DNA of 64,000 nt from Fimicolochytrium jonesii (taxonomy: Eukaryota): contig NW_026515697.1 of assembly GCF_025526975.1 (NCBI RefSeq), forward strand, positions 62,001-126,000, read 5' to 3'. A program made the translations under genes and the position numbers. Position 1 is the first letter of the stretch; each line of letters opens with the position of its first letter. Of the stretch, positions 52,402-64,000 are shown piece by piece. Under the pieces are notes generated by a model. That model ran no database searches. It saw only the letters and a program-made list of their open reading frames with translations, and was not told the origin of the DNA.

Positions 52402-52659
52402 AGAGGGGATGTACGTAGATACCTTGTGTACTGTATACCTGGTGCTAGATATGGAGATGTATACCTGTCGCTGGTAACTTGCGTTGGGTCTGAGCGGTCT
52501 CGACTACTTGAGTGAGCTTCCTCAAATTCAAATCCGGGTCCCGTGATCCCACTACCGATTATTTTGCATTTTGACGTTCCCGTAGGGACCCGACTGACCT
52601 CGAGTTTTGCCAGCACACAGGAGATCTCCACCCACCACCGGTCCCCAGCACACCAAACA

Positions 52660-53502
52660 ATGTCCCTCATCCGCCCACCAACGCTCATCTCCCTCGCCGC
52701 CCGTCGGCAAACGGGGGGCATCCGCCGCGTCTCATCCCAAGCGACCGCAACAACCAGCACAGAAACCCTCGTCGCGCCCGCACCGCTGCCAACGACGACG
52801 ACACCGCCTGTGTTTGTGAAGCCCGTGCCTGCGGTGCCGCCGAGGAGGAGCGGGGGCTTCTTTCGTGGGGGGTTAGTATTGGGGAGTGGATCCGGGGGAG
52901 GGGGGCGTAACAGGATTGGGGTTGGTTGAAATGCTGGGGTATTGACCGATTCATCTCTGTCTTCTTACATCCATAGGGTGATCGGGTTCTTAACAGGACT
53001 CACTCTAGCGGGTACGTGACCAAGCATCCCTCTCACCGCAAACCTCTCCGCTCGAAAACCTTCCATTCTCACCCCCACGCATCTTTCTCCTCCCACAGGC
53101 AGCACAGCCTACGTGTTCCTCCTGGACGAGTACGAGCAAGCCTCGAACGCGCTGCTAAGCGGGGTGGACAACCTGCAAAAGACGACGGCGAAGCTGCGCG
53201 AGCACACGGCCAAGATCGAGGTGCTGGAGCGCGAGTTTAGGGGGTTTGTGGGAAGAGCGGCGACTCAGAAGGATTTGGAGAGGGTTAGAGCGGAGCTGTT
53301 GAAGGTTATCGTGAGTATGCTGGCCCTATTGGGAATCCGGGTGGATAGATATCGGTTCTTTCGCATTGATGGCCATGATGATACTGATTTGGCTCTGATC
53401 CCTTTTTCTGCTCCACAGGATGATGTTAACGTATCGCACCTGGAGCTGAAAACGCACGTGTGGGAGGTCGAGCAGGATGTAAAGCAGGCGTTGAAGAAGT
53501 AG
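52660..53502 (+). CDS. Small fungal mitochondrial-type membrane protein (presequence, Gly-rich TM, coiled coil), 4 exons
   Basis: Spliced product RRSGGFFRGG|VIGFLTGLTLAG|STAYVFLLDEYEQASNALL...; clear GT-AG introns. Confidence 0.75.
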
Positions 53503-54170
53503 AGGAAAAAGATACACCCACGACATGGCATCAATATCATACCTCCCTGAAACCTTATTCAGTTGCTCGCACTGAAAGCGAATGTTGATGGGTTCTGTTG
53601 CAAGACCAACACGTGCTGGGGGCTTCTGAATCGGGATGGATGCCGGAGTGGGACGCGGCTATGGACCGGGCTTCGAGATGGAATTTGTGCTGAATGGAAC
53701 AGGGTCTCACCAACTTTGGGGCATAGTGAGGAGTGACAAAGTTCGAGAGGGGATAAGAAGAGGTGTCGGGAGGAGGTGACAAACGCGGAATGTGGTTCAT
53801 CATGAGAACGTTGGGACATGCGGAAGAGCTCCGGGAGAATACCTGGATAATCACTGTTGGCGTCAAGGATCCCACAGATAGGCGTGGAGAGAAGGGTTGG
53901 ATACGGGGTCTGTAGCTTGCCATTGTCAGGATGCGTGGTTTGTGTTGATGTGGGTACTGGCCATTTCACTTTGGCTGTCCTCATCCTTCTCCAAGTCCAA
54001 CCAAGTCCTCCAGCCGTCGGTGCGCGTGTTGTCCGTGCGCGCGCAATCAAGAGACCTTCAATTTGCTACAAAGTTGCCCCAGAAACCAATCCCCATGTGC
54101 CCTCCCCATTTCGCAACCCCCACACCATACGCAGAGAAGCAACGCCTACCTCTCACTTCATTCACCGCGC

Positions 54171-55895
54171 ATGTCGTCCTTCCTAGTTTCCCTCCATTGC
54201 GCCACAAACGGCAACACCGCCTCGCTCAAGAATGGGTCCAACATTATCGGCCGTGGCGAGATTTTGGGACTTAGTGATCGCAGGTATGTGGAGACCTATG
54301 TGAGCGGGAAGCCGGTAGATGCAGGAGGGATGTGGTTGGAGGGGCTATGTATGTTTATTTGGGGGGGTTGGCCGTTCTTTCTACTGACGCTGGCATCGTT
54401 ACGGATGATTGTTATGACCTTGTTAGACTGAGTAAAAAGCAACTCAATATCGTCGTCGATGCTCAAGCACGGACTGTCACGGCCGAAAGGGTAAGCCCAG
54501 GGACCTCCTCGCCGTCTCATTGAAAAGAACACACTTGAAGTGTCGTTCATCAAGTATGGGGTAAGTCTGACAGACTCCACCGTCTCATAAGCTAGGACCC
54601 AATCCCTCATCCCACAACGGCCGCGACATGCCCAAAGACACCATCATCCTCCTCCGCCACAACGACAAGATCGCCCTCGTCGCCGGCACACACATCTGCA
54701 CCCTCTCCATCGTCCAGGCCGCGTTCTCATCTGTTCCCTATTCTGACCCGGTGGTGGGGATCACGTCCTCTGAGGCTGATTTGCATCCATCGCAGCATGA
54801 TGATGGGGTGTTGGAGGAGGTTGCGATGGATACGGCTGACCATGGCGCGGGGGAGGAGGAGGAGGACGTGCAGTCGCATGCGGGGGTGAGCGATACGGGT
54901 GAGGCGGGGTTTCCGGTAAGGCCGGAAGATTTTTCGGAGGAATCGGATGATGTTGTTGGGTCTGGGCTGGACGTGTCGGAGGCGGAGGAGGCGGAGGCGG
55001 AGGCGGAGATGATGCGGATGCGTGCGGTGGCGAAACGACCGGCGGCGGAGAGGAGGCCGCCACGGGTTCCTGCTGGGCCCGGTGGGAGGAAGCGGGCCGC
55101 GTCGCCGTCTGCGCGGGCGAGGCCGAGGACGAGAGCAGCTGCAACAGCGACAGGGACAGGTGGAGCCCGTCGTGTGACGTCGTACGGCGCGTTTGTGAAG
55201 GCCACGCGACCGGCGTTGAAGCGGGAGTATCCGCACCATTCGGGACCAGAGATCACCAAGTTGCTGAAGCGGAGATGGATGGCGTTGGATGATGAGGCGA
55301 GAAAGGTAATGTGATGGAATGTTCGCTTATGCCTCGACATTCTTCATGTTTTCCATATCCCCACTTCTCACTCACAAATCTTCTGATGCATCCTGACTCA
55401 TAGACATTCGAAGATCAAGCAGCAGCCCAAAACGAAGCCTCAGCAGCCGCAGCGGACACGGAAGCCGCAGCCTCATCCCCATCTACCTCCCCCACCCGCC
55501 CTTTACCCCCACCCTCCTCCACCCGCCCCATACCCTCCTCATCCACAGCGCCACCTCCCCCCCGCCCAAAACGTACCTCGCTCCTCCGCTCATCCTCCGC
55601 AACCGACTCGGACGCCATCCCGTCTGCCCGGGTAAACATCCCCGGAACAGCAATACCACGAACGGCGACTCAGCCGATGCGGATACCCTCTATGTTACTT
55701 GCGAATAGTAGTAGTGAGGATGAGGATACGGATGAGGATGCGCAGACGGGAAGGCGGGTAGTGGATCGGATGGATGTGCGGGGTACGACAGTGAATGAGC
55801 AGGGGAAGGGGAAGGAGAAAGAGAAGGTGAAGGAGGAGAAGGTGGATGTGGATGCGATGGATCTTGATGCGTTTTTGGATATGTTGACTGGGTAG
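54171..55895 (+). CDS. FHA-like (PNKP/APTX type) + acidic region + HMG-box protein
   Basis: NIIGRGEILGLSDR|RLSKKQL (FHA G-R...S motif); acidic linker; VTSYGAFVKATRPALKREYP...EITKLLKRRWMALDDEARK|TFEDQA (HMG box). Confidence 0.7.
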
Positions 55896-56264
55896 CGGCG
55901 ATGGAAGGTATGGGGTTAGTGAGGGTTGTCAAGGGAGAAGAGGTATCCGGTGGATGGGCGTAGCGTTGCGTTCATTGTATGTAGACAATCGTGTAGGATG
56001 GGGGCTTCTGGGGCTCGTTCATGCTGTGAATCGAGTGCGCTGGCGACTTAACCCCGACGCTGCAGAGAAGGCAACGCGTCCAATAGCTAGCTCAGAACAC
56101 CCGGTCTTAGGGAATAAAATGTACACAGTGGAGACTCGGAACCGACTGTACAGACTACTTATACGCCTTCTCGCCCGACCCTCAAGAGAGACCATTCAAC
56201 TACCTAACAAACGTACGCTTCCCCTCCATCACGCCAATCTGCACCCACCAAGCGCCTCCTCACG

Positions 56265-58258
56265 CTACCGCGCCCGCCGACTCCGCCGATCTTCCTCCTT
56301 TTGCTACCAAACATGAATGTCAACCTCACGTGCCCGCACATTCACCCCACACTCGCCAACCAACAAACACAAACACTCACCGCGAAATACCCCTGGATAT
56401 CCACATCCGTAACCACCTTCCCTTCCTCCGCAAACCCGCGCAAGAACCCCATCAGATCCTCCTTCAGCTTCTGATACGCTTGCACGCCGTTGAGAGCTTG
56501 CACGCGGTCCATGCTGTTGAGCTGTTGCAGGCCCATGTCGTGGGGCGATACGTCTAAACCATTTCCCCCCGTTAATCCGCCAAGTTGGACACAGTACGCC
56601 TACGTGGGTTATGGGTGGGGGTGGGATGTTTGCAGAGTACGTTACCTGCGTTCTCGTCTTCGGTGGGATCAAACGTCTTTAAGAAGATGATAGGGGGTTG
56701 AGTCATGGTGGTTTTGGGGAACGCGTGAACGTGCGAGAGGAACTTACCGGCTCGACGGCGAGGATGTACGGCACGCCTTCGGACTCGTATGTTTCGATGC
56801 ACTGCCCACGACAGTCAGTCAGCGAAGGTGATAGAGATGAGTGGAACGCTTTCCAGACCCACCTTCGCGCATCTACACAGATCGTCTCGCCAGCCTTCTT
56901 TGCAGAAGATGTCGCTGGAGGGCGCTTGCTGGTAGGTTTCTAGGCGGCAAGTTGGGGATTTGGGTGTGGTGGGGTGTGGGGGCGTTTCCCGGGCGGGGTC
57001 TGCTGAGATGGTGTGTGCCGTGGCGTTGTGCGTTGGGACATCTTCCACCTCCACATCTTCCACGTTCAAAGCTCGCTCAGTGGAACCTGACTCCCCACCC
57101 TCCTCCTTCCGCCTTTTCTTCGGCGACCCCTCACCCTCCCCTTCCTCCGCAGCGCGCTTCCTACTCGCTTCAGCAGGCTCTTCACCACCGGTCGCCGACG
57201 CCTCAAAAGGCGGATACAAAAACCGCGAATTGCCCTTATACCCCCTCAAAAAGGCGTGCTTGCCGACACACGTCCTGCAGATGTAGTCCTCGTCGGCGGC
57301 GGTGGGCGGGAGGGCGCCTATGCAGCGGTCGTGCATCTTTTTTGCGATCGTATGGTGAGTACGTTATTCTCCAAAATCCTCGAAAACATACGGACTTACC
57401 CAATCTGCCCAAAACAAAAATTGTCAACAAAACGGGGATAAAAGATATGAGGAGCGTGTTGAGCTCCACCCACCTTCACAAACAACACACTGAAACATCG
57501 TCCCCTCCTCCGCGTCCGGGTCATAGTACGTATCGCAGAAACAGAAATTGCCGCGGAAGTTGTGCGTGTAGGTGTTTTGGGTGTTCAATTCGCCGGGTTT
57601 AGATTGGAGTGAGCATTTGTTGGGGAGTTTTGCGGTGCCGCAGTCGCATCTGTAGATCCGATTAGGGGTTTGGTTGTGCGGTTCTGCATTGCGTTACTAG
57701 CGCAGGAGTCGGCTCTAGATCTAAGGGCTTACCTGAAAGCCTGGAGGATGTAACCAAGTCAGCGAACAAACCCGCACCAAATACAGAAGCTGCCCAACGC
57801 ACCCTTTTGTAAAACAACTCTACGACATCGCTGCATTTCGTATGACACTACACCCGATTCTATTAGTCCTCCTCTGTTTCATCCTTCGCCGCTTCCTCCA
57901 ACCTCTCATCGAAACCTACATAAACACTACCGCAAACCGTCAATCACAGGTCCGAAAAGATCACGAGAGCCCGGACGCAATACATACAAACACCCATAGC
58001 ACATCCCCGACAACTCCCCGCCGCCCTCTGCCTGACACGACCGGCACGCAAACACTTTCTGCCGGACGTAGCCTTCGGAGAATGAGCAGCGATCTATGAC
58101 GCCCTGGACGAAAAACCGCGGTCAATTCCATTAGACCCTCCAGCGAGTGAGCCTTGAGAGACGTTCTTGCTTACGGGAAGAACTTCGGCGGCTTCGTGGA
58201 GTAGCTCCTCCTGCTGGGCGAGGTAGTCGACCGCCGTTATGGTGTCCGTCGTCGTCAT
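56265..58258 (-). CDS. UBR7: UBR7/Mlo2-like UBR-box + PHD E3 ubiquitin ligase, many exons including microexons
   Basis: ITAVDYLAQQEELLHEAAEVLP|GVIDRCSFSEGYVRQKVFACRSC..CYGCFVYCH..VVELFYKRAFRCDCG, YTHNFRGNFCFC, MFQCVVCE..HDRC, FCKEGWRDDLCRC. Confidence 0.92.
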
Positions 58259-60581
58259 TGTGATCGGGAACTAGGCGATAACCTTCGGATTGAAGCTGGA
58301 CGATGGCGAGCAGGGAATAGAACAAGTGTGCAGCGCTCTCGTTGATCTGAGACCTCAATGAGCTGCTGGTGATTGCACGTCGTCCGGAAGCCTGGTTTGG
58401 CCAAGGACCCCTCTGCCCCTCTGTTCCCCCTGTGTCCCCCTAGGTGTCCCCTTTGGGGTTCAGCCGAGATGTCGACTGACAGCAGGAACGCGTGATGACA
58501 AAGCAGCGAGGACACTCCGACGTCCTGTCATCTTCAATAACGCACAGGGGAACCTGAACTGAACGCGCCCATCTCCAACGTTTACATTGACATGATGGAG
58601 ATTGGAACAGATAAACTTGAGAAAAGGTCGGACCTCCGCGCCTATTTGCGGCGGATGTGGACTCAGAACGAGCAGCGGATTTCCGTGTCCGACGGTAGAA
58701 AGGAGAGAAGTACGGCCCTTCCAACGAAGCCGGCAATAGTGTGACGGTTGTTCGCCGCTCTTGCAAGGATTTGTTAACAGGCGATTATGTCATTACTGTT
58801 TGAACGTGTCAAGGACCTGTGCAGCGCCTTGCCAAAAGCAACCAAACCGGTGCGGACCTGCATGCTTTGTCTGGCTGTAATGAAATCAAACATACTTTGC
58901 GACGGAAAAACAAACGAGGAGCAAACGGGGGTGATCTGCCCGACACCGGAGACGCATCCTTCGGCGGACTCTGGTAGACACGTTTGAACGTGACACGCCC
59001 CGTTTTGCCACTGAGAGCACAGCTGGGGCTGCGTAGCCTGCCTTTTCAACGCGGTGGCAGAGCTCGTGAAGACTTGCATCGGATGGCTCCAGCCAAGCGT
59101 TCCTCGCGTCCAAACGGTAGAAACGCAAACCAAAAGGGAAAGTTGGTGGGGAGAGAAAGACTTATAGAGAGGAAAAGGAAGGTCAGTACATATAAACCAA
59201 TGTGAATCGAACAACGAACCTGTTCCTCCAAATCTTGCTGCGGGTCGTGGAAAGGACAAGAAAAAAGCGAATGAAGAGCTGCGTGCGATGTGTGAAGAAG
59301 TACGAGGGCAGATTCACTGAAGAAGCCTGAGAGATATGAAGCATGTTGGGCAGCAAAGATCGCCCGGTTGACCAAGGAGGTGTCCTTATGGGTACGAGCT
59401 GGGCTCGCAGTAAAGACTACGACAAGTCTGTAAGGTTCACGGGAAAAAAGTCCGACTCGTTACCCGTGCTTGGACGGCCACAAGGGGCTACGAAAAGGCC
59501 CTTCCTTTGGCAGCAGTGAGGAATACTGGGGCAATGGGGCTGTCGGACACTGACAGCATATTTTTTTTGCTGTGGATTTTTGACGGACCGACAGGATGCG
59601 ATACCGATGCAGCAGGCGGTTGCCATCATGAGTGTAGTAAGCAACGTCGGCAACGTGTAGGAGATAAAGTCTATCATATCTAAGTATCTTCCATGAGTTG
59701 TAGGACCAATGCTCTCAAATACGTGCACAGAACACGGGGCCCGTTATATAGGAAAGCCAGATGCAGATCTTACACCGAAACAGATTACATCCACATCTGG
59801 CGATACCTACTAAAGAGCAGAGACCTGGCAAACGGATTTCCTTCATCAGTTGCACGTCAACGCATCAACATTGCAGCAACGTACTGGACATGGGTAATCT
59901 CATGCCATCCCATCGGCAAACCACCCAGAAGGACATCAACCACGAACACCCATCTCAGAAACATGTGGACATCAACTCTCGCCGCGGATCACGCATGCTG
60001 TGCTACTCCCCAGTATTCCGACACTGTAGCGGCTGGTATGGGGTTGGCGGGGCTTCACCTCTTCAGCTGGTTGTTTGATACGTCTTTTTTTTGTTGGAAG
60101 AGGTCTCAGAGGTCTCAGGTCGACGTCTCTCTGTCTCTCCACCCAAAAGCTTTGTGGTCCGCGAGGGCCGCCCCAGGAACTTGAGCTCGAGCTTCGAATC
60201 CACGACCCTTCGACGTACTGCTCGCTCGCTTCTCGCCTCTTCGGTTTCATATCAAGTTGAGTAGAGAAAGATGACAAATCCCACAATAGCCTCCCCACGG
60301 GACCGCTGCAGGCTCCAAAGAGGACTGAGAAGGCGCTCCTTGTGGAGTTTCGGGGCCGATGCCGAGTTCGTTATGAGGCTGGCTGTTTGAGAGGTGGAGG
60401 TTTCAAGGGCGGGGAGGTCTCGGGTGCGAAGTCTCGCCACAAAAGCAACGCGTCCGAAAGAGTCCGGAAGGTCCTGATTACTGTAACTGGATTCTCAAGA
60501 GCGGAGAGCGGGGAACTACTTACGGTCAGACTGTCCTTCATTCGCAAGCCATTCAACGCAGCCCACCCAACCCCCACCACA

Positions 60582-61207
60582 ATGTCCCTCCACACAACCC
60601 TCCAACAAGCCTTCCCGGCCTTCATAGCCCAAGTCTTCATATCCCTCTCCTCCATCAACATCCACATCCCCGCCGCCTACGAAATAGACCACCTCTGCTT
60701 CCGGTAACTCCGAAAACCCCCACCTTCTCCCACCTCCCCCTTATCTCACCCCTTCTTTCACAACCCCCCAATAGGACATCAACAGCCGCAGAGTACGACT
60801 CATACAAAGCTGAACTCGCATCCCTCGGCACCCTTTTGACCGAATCCATCGTCGGGGGGAGGCACATCGCGACCTATAAATTGCGACCGGAGCATGCATT
60901 GCACTACACCCAAACCACCGACTGCAAACCGGTTGATCGTACGATAGACGTGATAGAACTCCCCTCGCCGAAACCAGGCCGCCCATACCCCTCAGGTATC
61001 GAGCATGTCGAGGTAGTGGTGGATGTGCCGTTGGAGGTGTATCGGGACCGGTACAAGGACGTGGGGTGGGATGAGAGGGGGATGGGGAAGGGGTTGAATC
61101 GGGATTTGAGGCTGGATTTTACGGCTGCGGGGAAGGAGTTTAGTGTAAAGTTTCATGAGCAGAGTTTAGAACGTGTGATTGAGATAGAACTCGCTGCTCT
61201 GCCATGA
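60582..61207 (+). CDS. YecM-family VOC/glyoxalase-fold metal-binding protein, 2 exons
   Basis: IDHLCFR|T, LLTESIVGGRHIATYKL, IELPSPKPGRPYPSGIEHVEVVV, N.DLRL, SVKFHEQSLERVIEIE; intron ~60703-60774. Confidence 0.88.
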
Positions 61208-63124
61208 GTTGGTTCTTCGGCTACATGGCTCTGGGAATTGCGATATCTTGAGAGGCAGGGAAATAGAAGGAGGTGCGCAATCTGGGGCACTCTTCTAATG
61301 GCGCAATGTTTGGCTTTGCGGAGTAATCCAAATGGTTGGCGGACTCCAGCCATGTTTCTTCGTCGCCACGAATTGTGTTCCATCGACATCAAAACGACGA
61401 GGGAGCACCGGGCGGGGCTAGCTCTAGACCTCCGACGATGTTGTGGATTTGGGTATGGCGGGATACATCCCGGTTTGGTGCTTTCGTTCTTTGCCAACCA
61501 AATCGAGGGCCTCCTGAGTTGCGAAGAAGGTAAGAAAAACGAAAAACGAAAAACGCTGAAAATCCTTGTACACCCTTTCAATACCAGCGATGCTTACCTT
61601 CCAGAGCCGTCCTCTCCCAAGGTGTGATGCGCTCCACTCCGGAAGAGATTGACAAACACGAAACAACACAGAGGTTTGGAACTCAACTCCATCGACGTGC
61701 TGGATGGGCTTAGAAAGTTACAGCTTGTGTGGAGAATACGGAAGATTTTTCGTAAGTTGCAGCCGATTTCCCGATGGATGGGGGACATGTTCTCACGAGT
61801 GGGTTGCAGCGCGGGGCCACAAATGCCTTCCTTTGTCCGAAGCCCGACCATCCAAATACGCCACAACCTTCAGTCCCAGTCAACGGTCGACCCCTTCGGA
61901 AAGGGGTTTGCGAAGCGACTGTTGGATCTGCCGCAAAATGTTACGGATCTCCAGACCGCCGTCAAGTTTCAATTACGAGAGTGTTTTCCTCGCTGGTGAA
62001 AATTGGACGCATGGCTCTACCTATCACCATCCATCGAGGGTCAGAGCGCGGAATCGCGGAAGCCCATCGGCATCGCAAGCGCATTTATGGTAAGTTCGCC
62101 CAGATGACGGTATCTCAACCCTGCAGCACGTATTAGCATATGTACATGTACATGTACAGGAAGCGTGTGAGGAAAACGAAAACGTCGCATGGAGAGTTAC
62201 ATTTCCCGCGCACGGTAGAAACGGACATGGAAACGGAGTTGTGGAATCGTGCGGAAAACTGCGCCTAGAAGCGCCGTCCTCGCCTCGCACGCTTCTAGTC
62301 GCAGTTTTCCGCCCTATTCCACATCCGTTCCCATCTTCTACCGACAACACCGCAGCATCTTCTCCCATCCCGTTTAGTGCGTCCTTTTTGCTCATCAACA
62401 ACAGGCGGCTTCGTTCGTCCGACACATCCGCCGCCCCTTACAACGTCTTCGCTTGTTACCTGTCCGGGGATGAGGGAAACTCACTAGGCTTCGGGAGGAT
62501 ATGGGAACCGGCTGCGTTCTCTGTGAGCCTTTGGCTTCAAAGCCGGCGTAGTTGTCCTTTTTTTGGCATCGCTTTTGTTCGGCGGGGCATGCTCCAAACC
62601 TGTATTTCGTAATGCATCATTTTGGTTTGGTTTGCCCGCGGCGTTTGTTTTACTTAAATGTACGATAGACCGTACGTGGTTCGAAGCACCGATTTTTGAA
62701 AAGATAGACATGCACGAACTGGACATGATTTCCAATGCTGCTTCTGGGTTAGACCAAAGACGTCCAGCCATCACACGTAGTTTTCACGTTCATCTTGCAG
62801 CGCGGCACGCCGACGTCCGTCCTCAGACAGCGGGAAACCGGATTTGAGGGTGGATTTTGAGGTTTCGCGGGAAGTTTCATGAGACGAGGTTTGGAGAGAA
62901 TTATTCAGATGGAACAGACTCAGTCAGGGCTTTTGATGGCCTGTGATTTTCTCGAATCCTATTACATGCATGAAGGGGTATTGGGTCAGCCCGTTTCCAA
63001 AAAAAAGATGTCTATTACGCCGCTCCCATACCGCCGGCAATCCTCAAAATCCCCAAAATTGCTTCCCTCGACATAAATCTCTATGCCAACCACGCCTACA
63101 TACGCCCCTACCCCTACCCCTACT

Positions 63125-64000
63125 CTAAACATCATCCGGTAAATACGGCCTAACCAGCCTGGTAAAGCTCGTATTCGTGCCCCTGATATACTCCGGGGTC
63201 GCGTTCTTCAGATACTTCCACCCGGTGTTATACAAGTGCGCCGCGTACTGAAAGTCGTTGTAGAAGTCCCATTCGTCTTCTTCGTGCACGAATTGGATGT
63301 GGGGGAGCCAGTAGGCGGGCCAGAAGAAGGCAGTTGTGGGGAGGGTGCAGAGGTCGGTGGCGGGGGTTGTTCTGGAGAGTGTGTAGGGCATGCTGTGGGG
63401 GAAAGGGGTGAGGGTGAGAGGTATATGATGTGGAAGTGGGGTACGGTGCGACATCGGTATGGCACATACATGACAGAATGATCACTCCATTTCGAGTCGT
63501 CAAACGTGCGGTACGAATCATACCACCTTTTCAAAAACGGCGCATTCGGTGCAGTAAGAATCACCGCATTACACAGCCCAATCCACGGCTTAAACCCCTC
63601 AATCCCCAACACAGTCGTATGATGCAACAACGGATCAAACGACCTCGTCACAATCACATCCATATCCAGATAGATCCCGCCCCACTTCTGCAAGGCCCGC
63701 AGCCGGATCACATCCGCTTTATGCGCCCCCTGTTCCACTTTATTCCCGAATATCTCCTTGACGTCTGCGGTGGGTGTTAGGTCGGTGATCATCCCCCGAG
63801 CGCGATCCCACCACTCCCCGCTCGGTAGCCCGCGGTGGTGGTAGAACACCTTCTCTGGCTTGATGTTGACGACCGCGGCGCGGATGGCGAGGTAGTGCAT
63901 CATACCAAAATAGTCGTCCCTATCCATCACACGGACGAAATGCACATATTTGGGTATCCTCTGCACCGGCGGTGGTCTCCCAGTCTCATTACGCCACGAA
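63125..64000 (-). CDS. Glycosyltransferase family 32 (DXD, Gly_transf_sug), 5' truncated by the window edge
   Basis: IPKYVHFV, HKADVIRLRALQKWGGIYLDMDV, LCNAVIL..PNAPFLKRW..Y..F....W..HSV; one intron near 63394-63468. Confidence 0.9.

Noticed and set aside
58300..60500. Short ORFs in the intergenic stretches (also 26500-28500 and 61300-63100)
   Set aside because: No codon bias, motifs or consistent splice models that I could support.

Overview
Gene-dense, intron-rich eukaryotic DNA: GT-AG introns mostly ~50-100 nt, CTRAC/CTAAY-type branch points, GC-rich. It looks like an early-diverging (chytrid-like) fungus, but that is inferred from gene style only. About 21 protein-coding genes can be reconstructed by hand, mostly housekeeping: FAD oxidoreductase, TGL2-like lipase, peroxisomal 4CL-like ligase, Ctf4/Mcl1, WDR26/GID7, an EEP phosphodiesterase, Tudor-SN, cardiolipin synthase, type II NADH dehydrogenase, 6PGD, a Ste7-type MAP2K, a PPR protein, UBR7 and a GT32. 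The most unusual items are: (1) a spliced gene at 1874-3074(-) whose motifs line up with the helical aGPT-Pplase1/5hmdU-kinase-associated family of phage thymidine-hypermodification enzymes, next to an FAD oxidoreductase; (2) a dispersed intron-resident element with GAGC repeats, a GCGCC-AAA-GGCGC hairpin and a (GGTTGAT)n tail, found in two genes 43 kb apart; (3) a ~9 kb gene-poor region around an orphan Pro-rich membrane gene, with a thrice-repeated ACGCGT+TTACGTCA module and clustered ACGCGTTTTC sites; (4) a large multi-RRM protein with a Trp-spaced disordered region, convergent with Tudor-SN; (5) a bacterial-type YecM gene; (6) 7- and 8-nt microexons in UBR7; (7) strong oscillating C/G strand skew. 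All family calls come from motif recognition by eye, and no searches were run. No rRNA, tRNA or CRISPR array was recognised.
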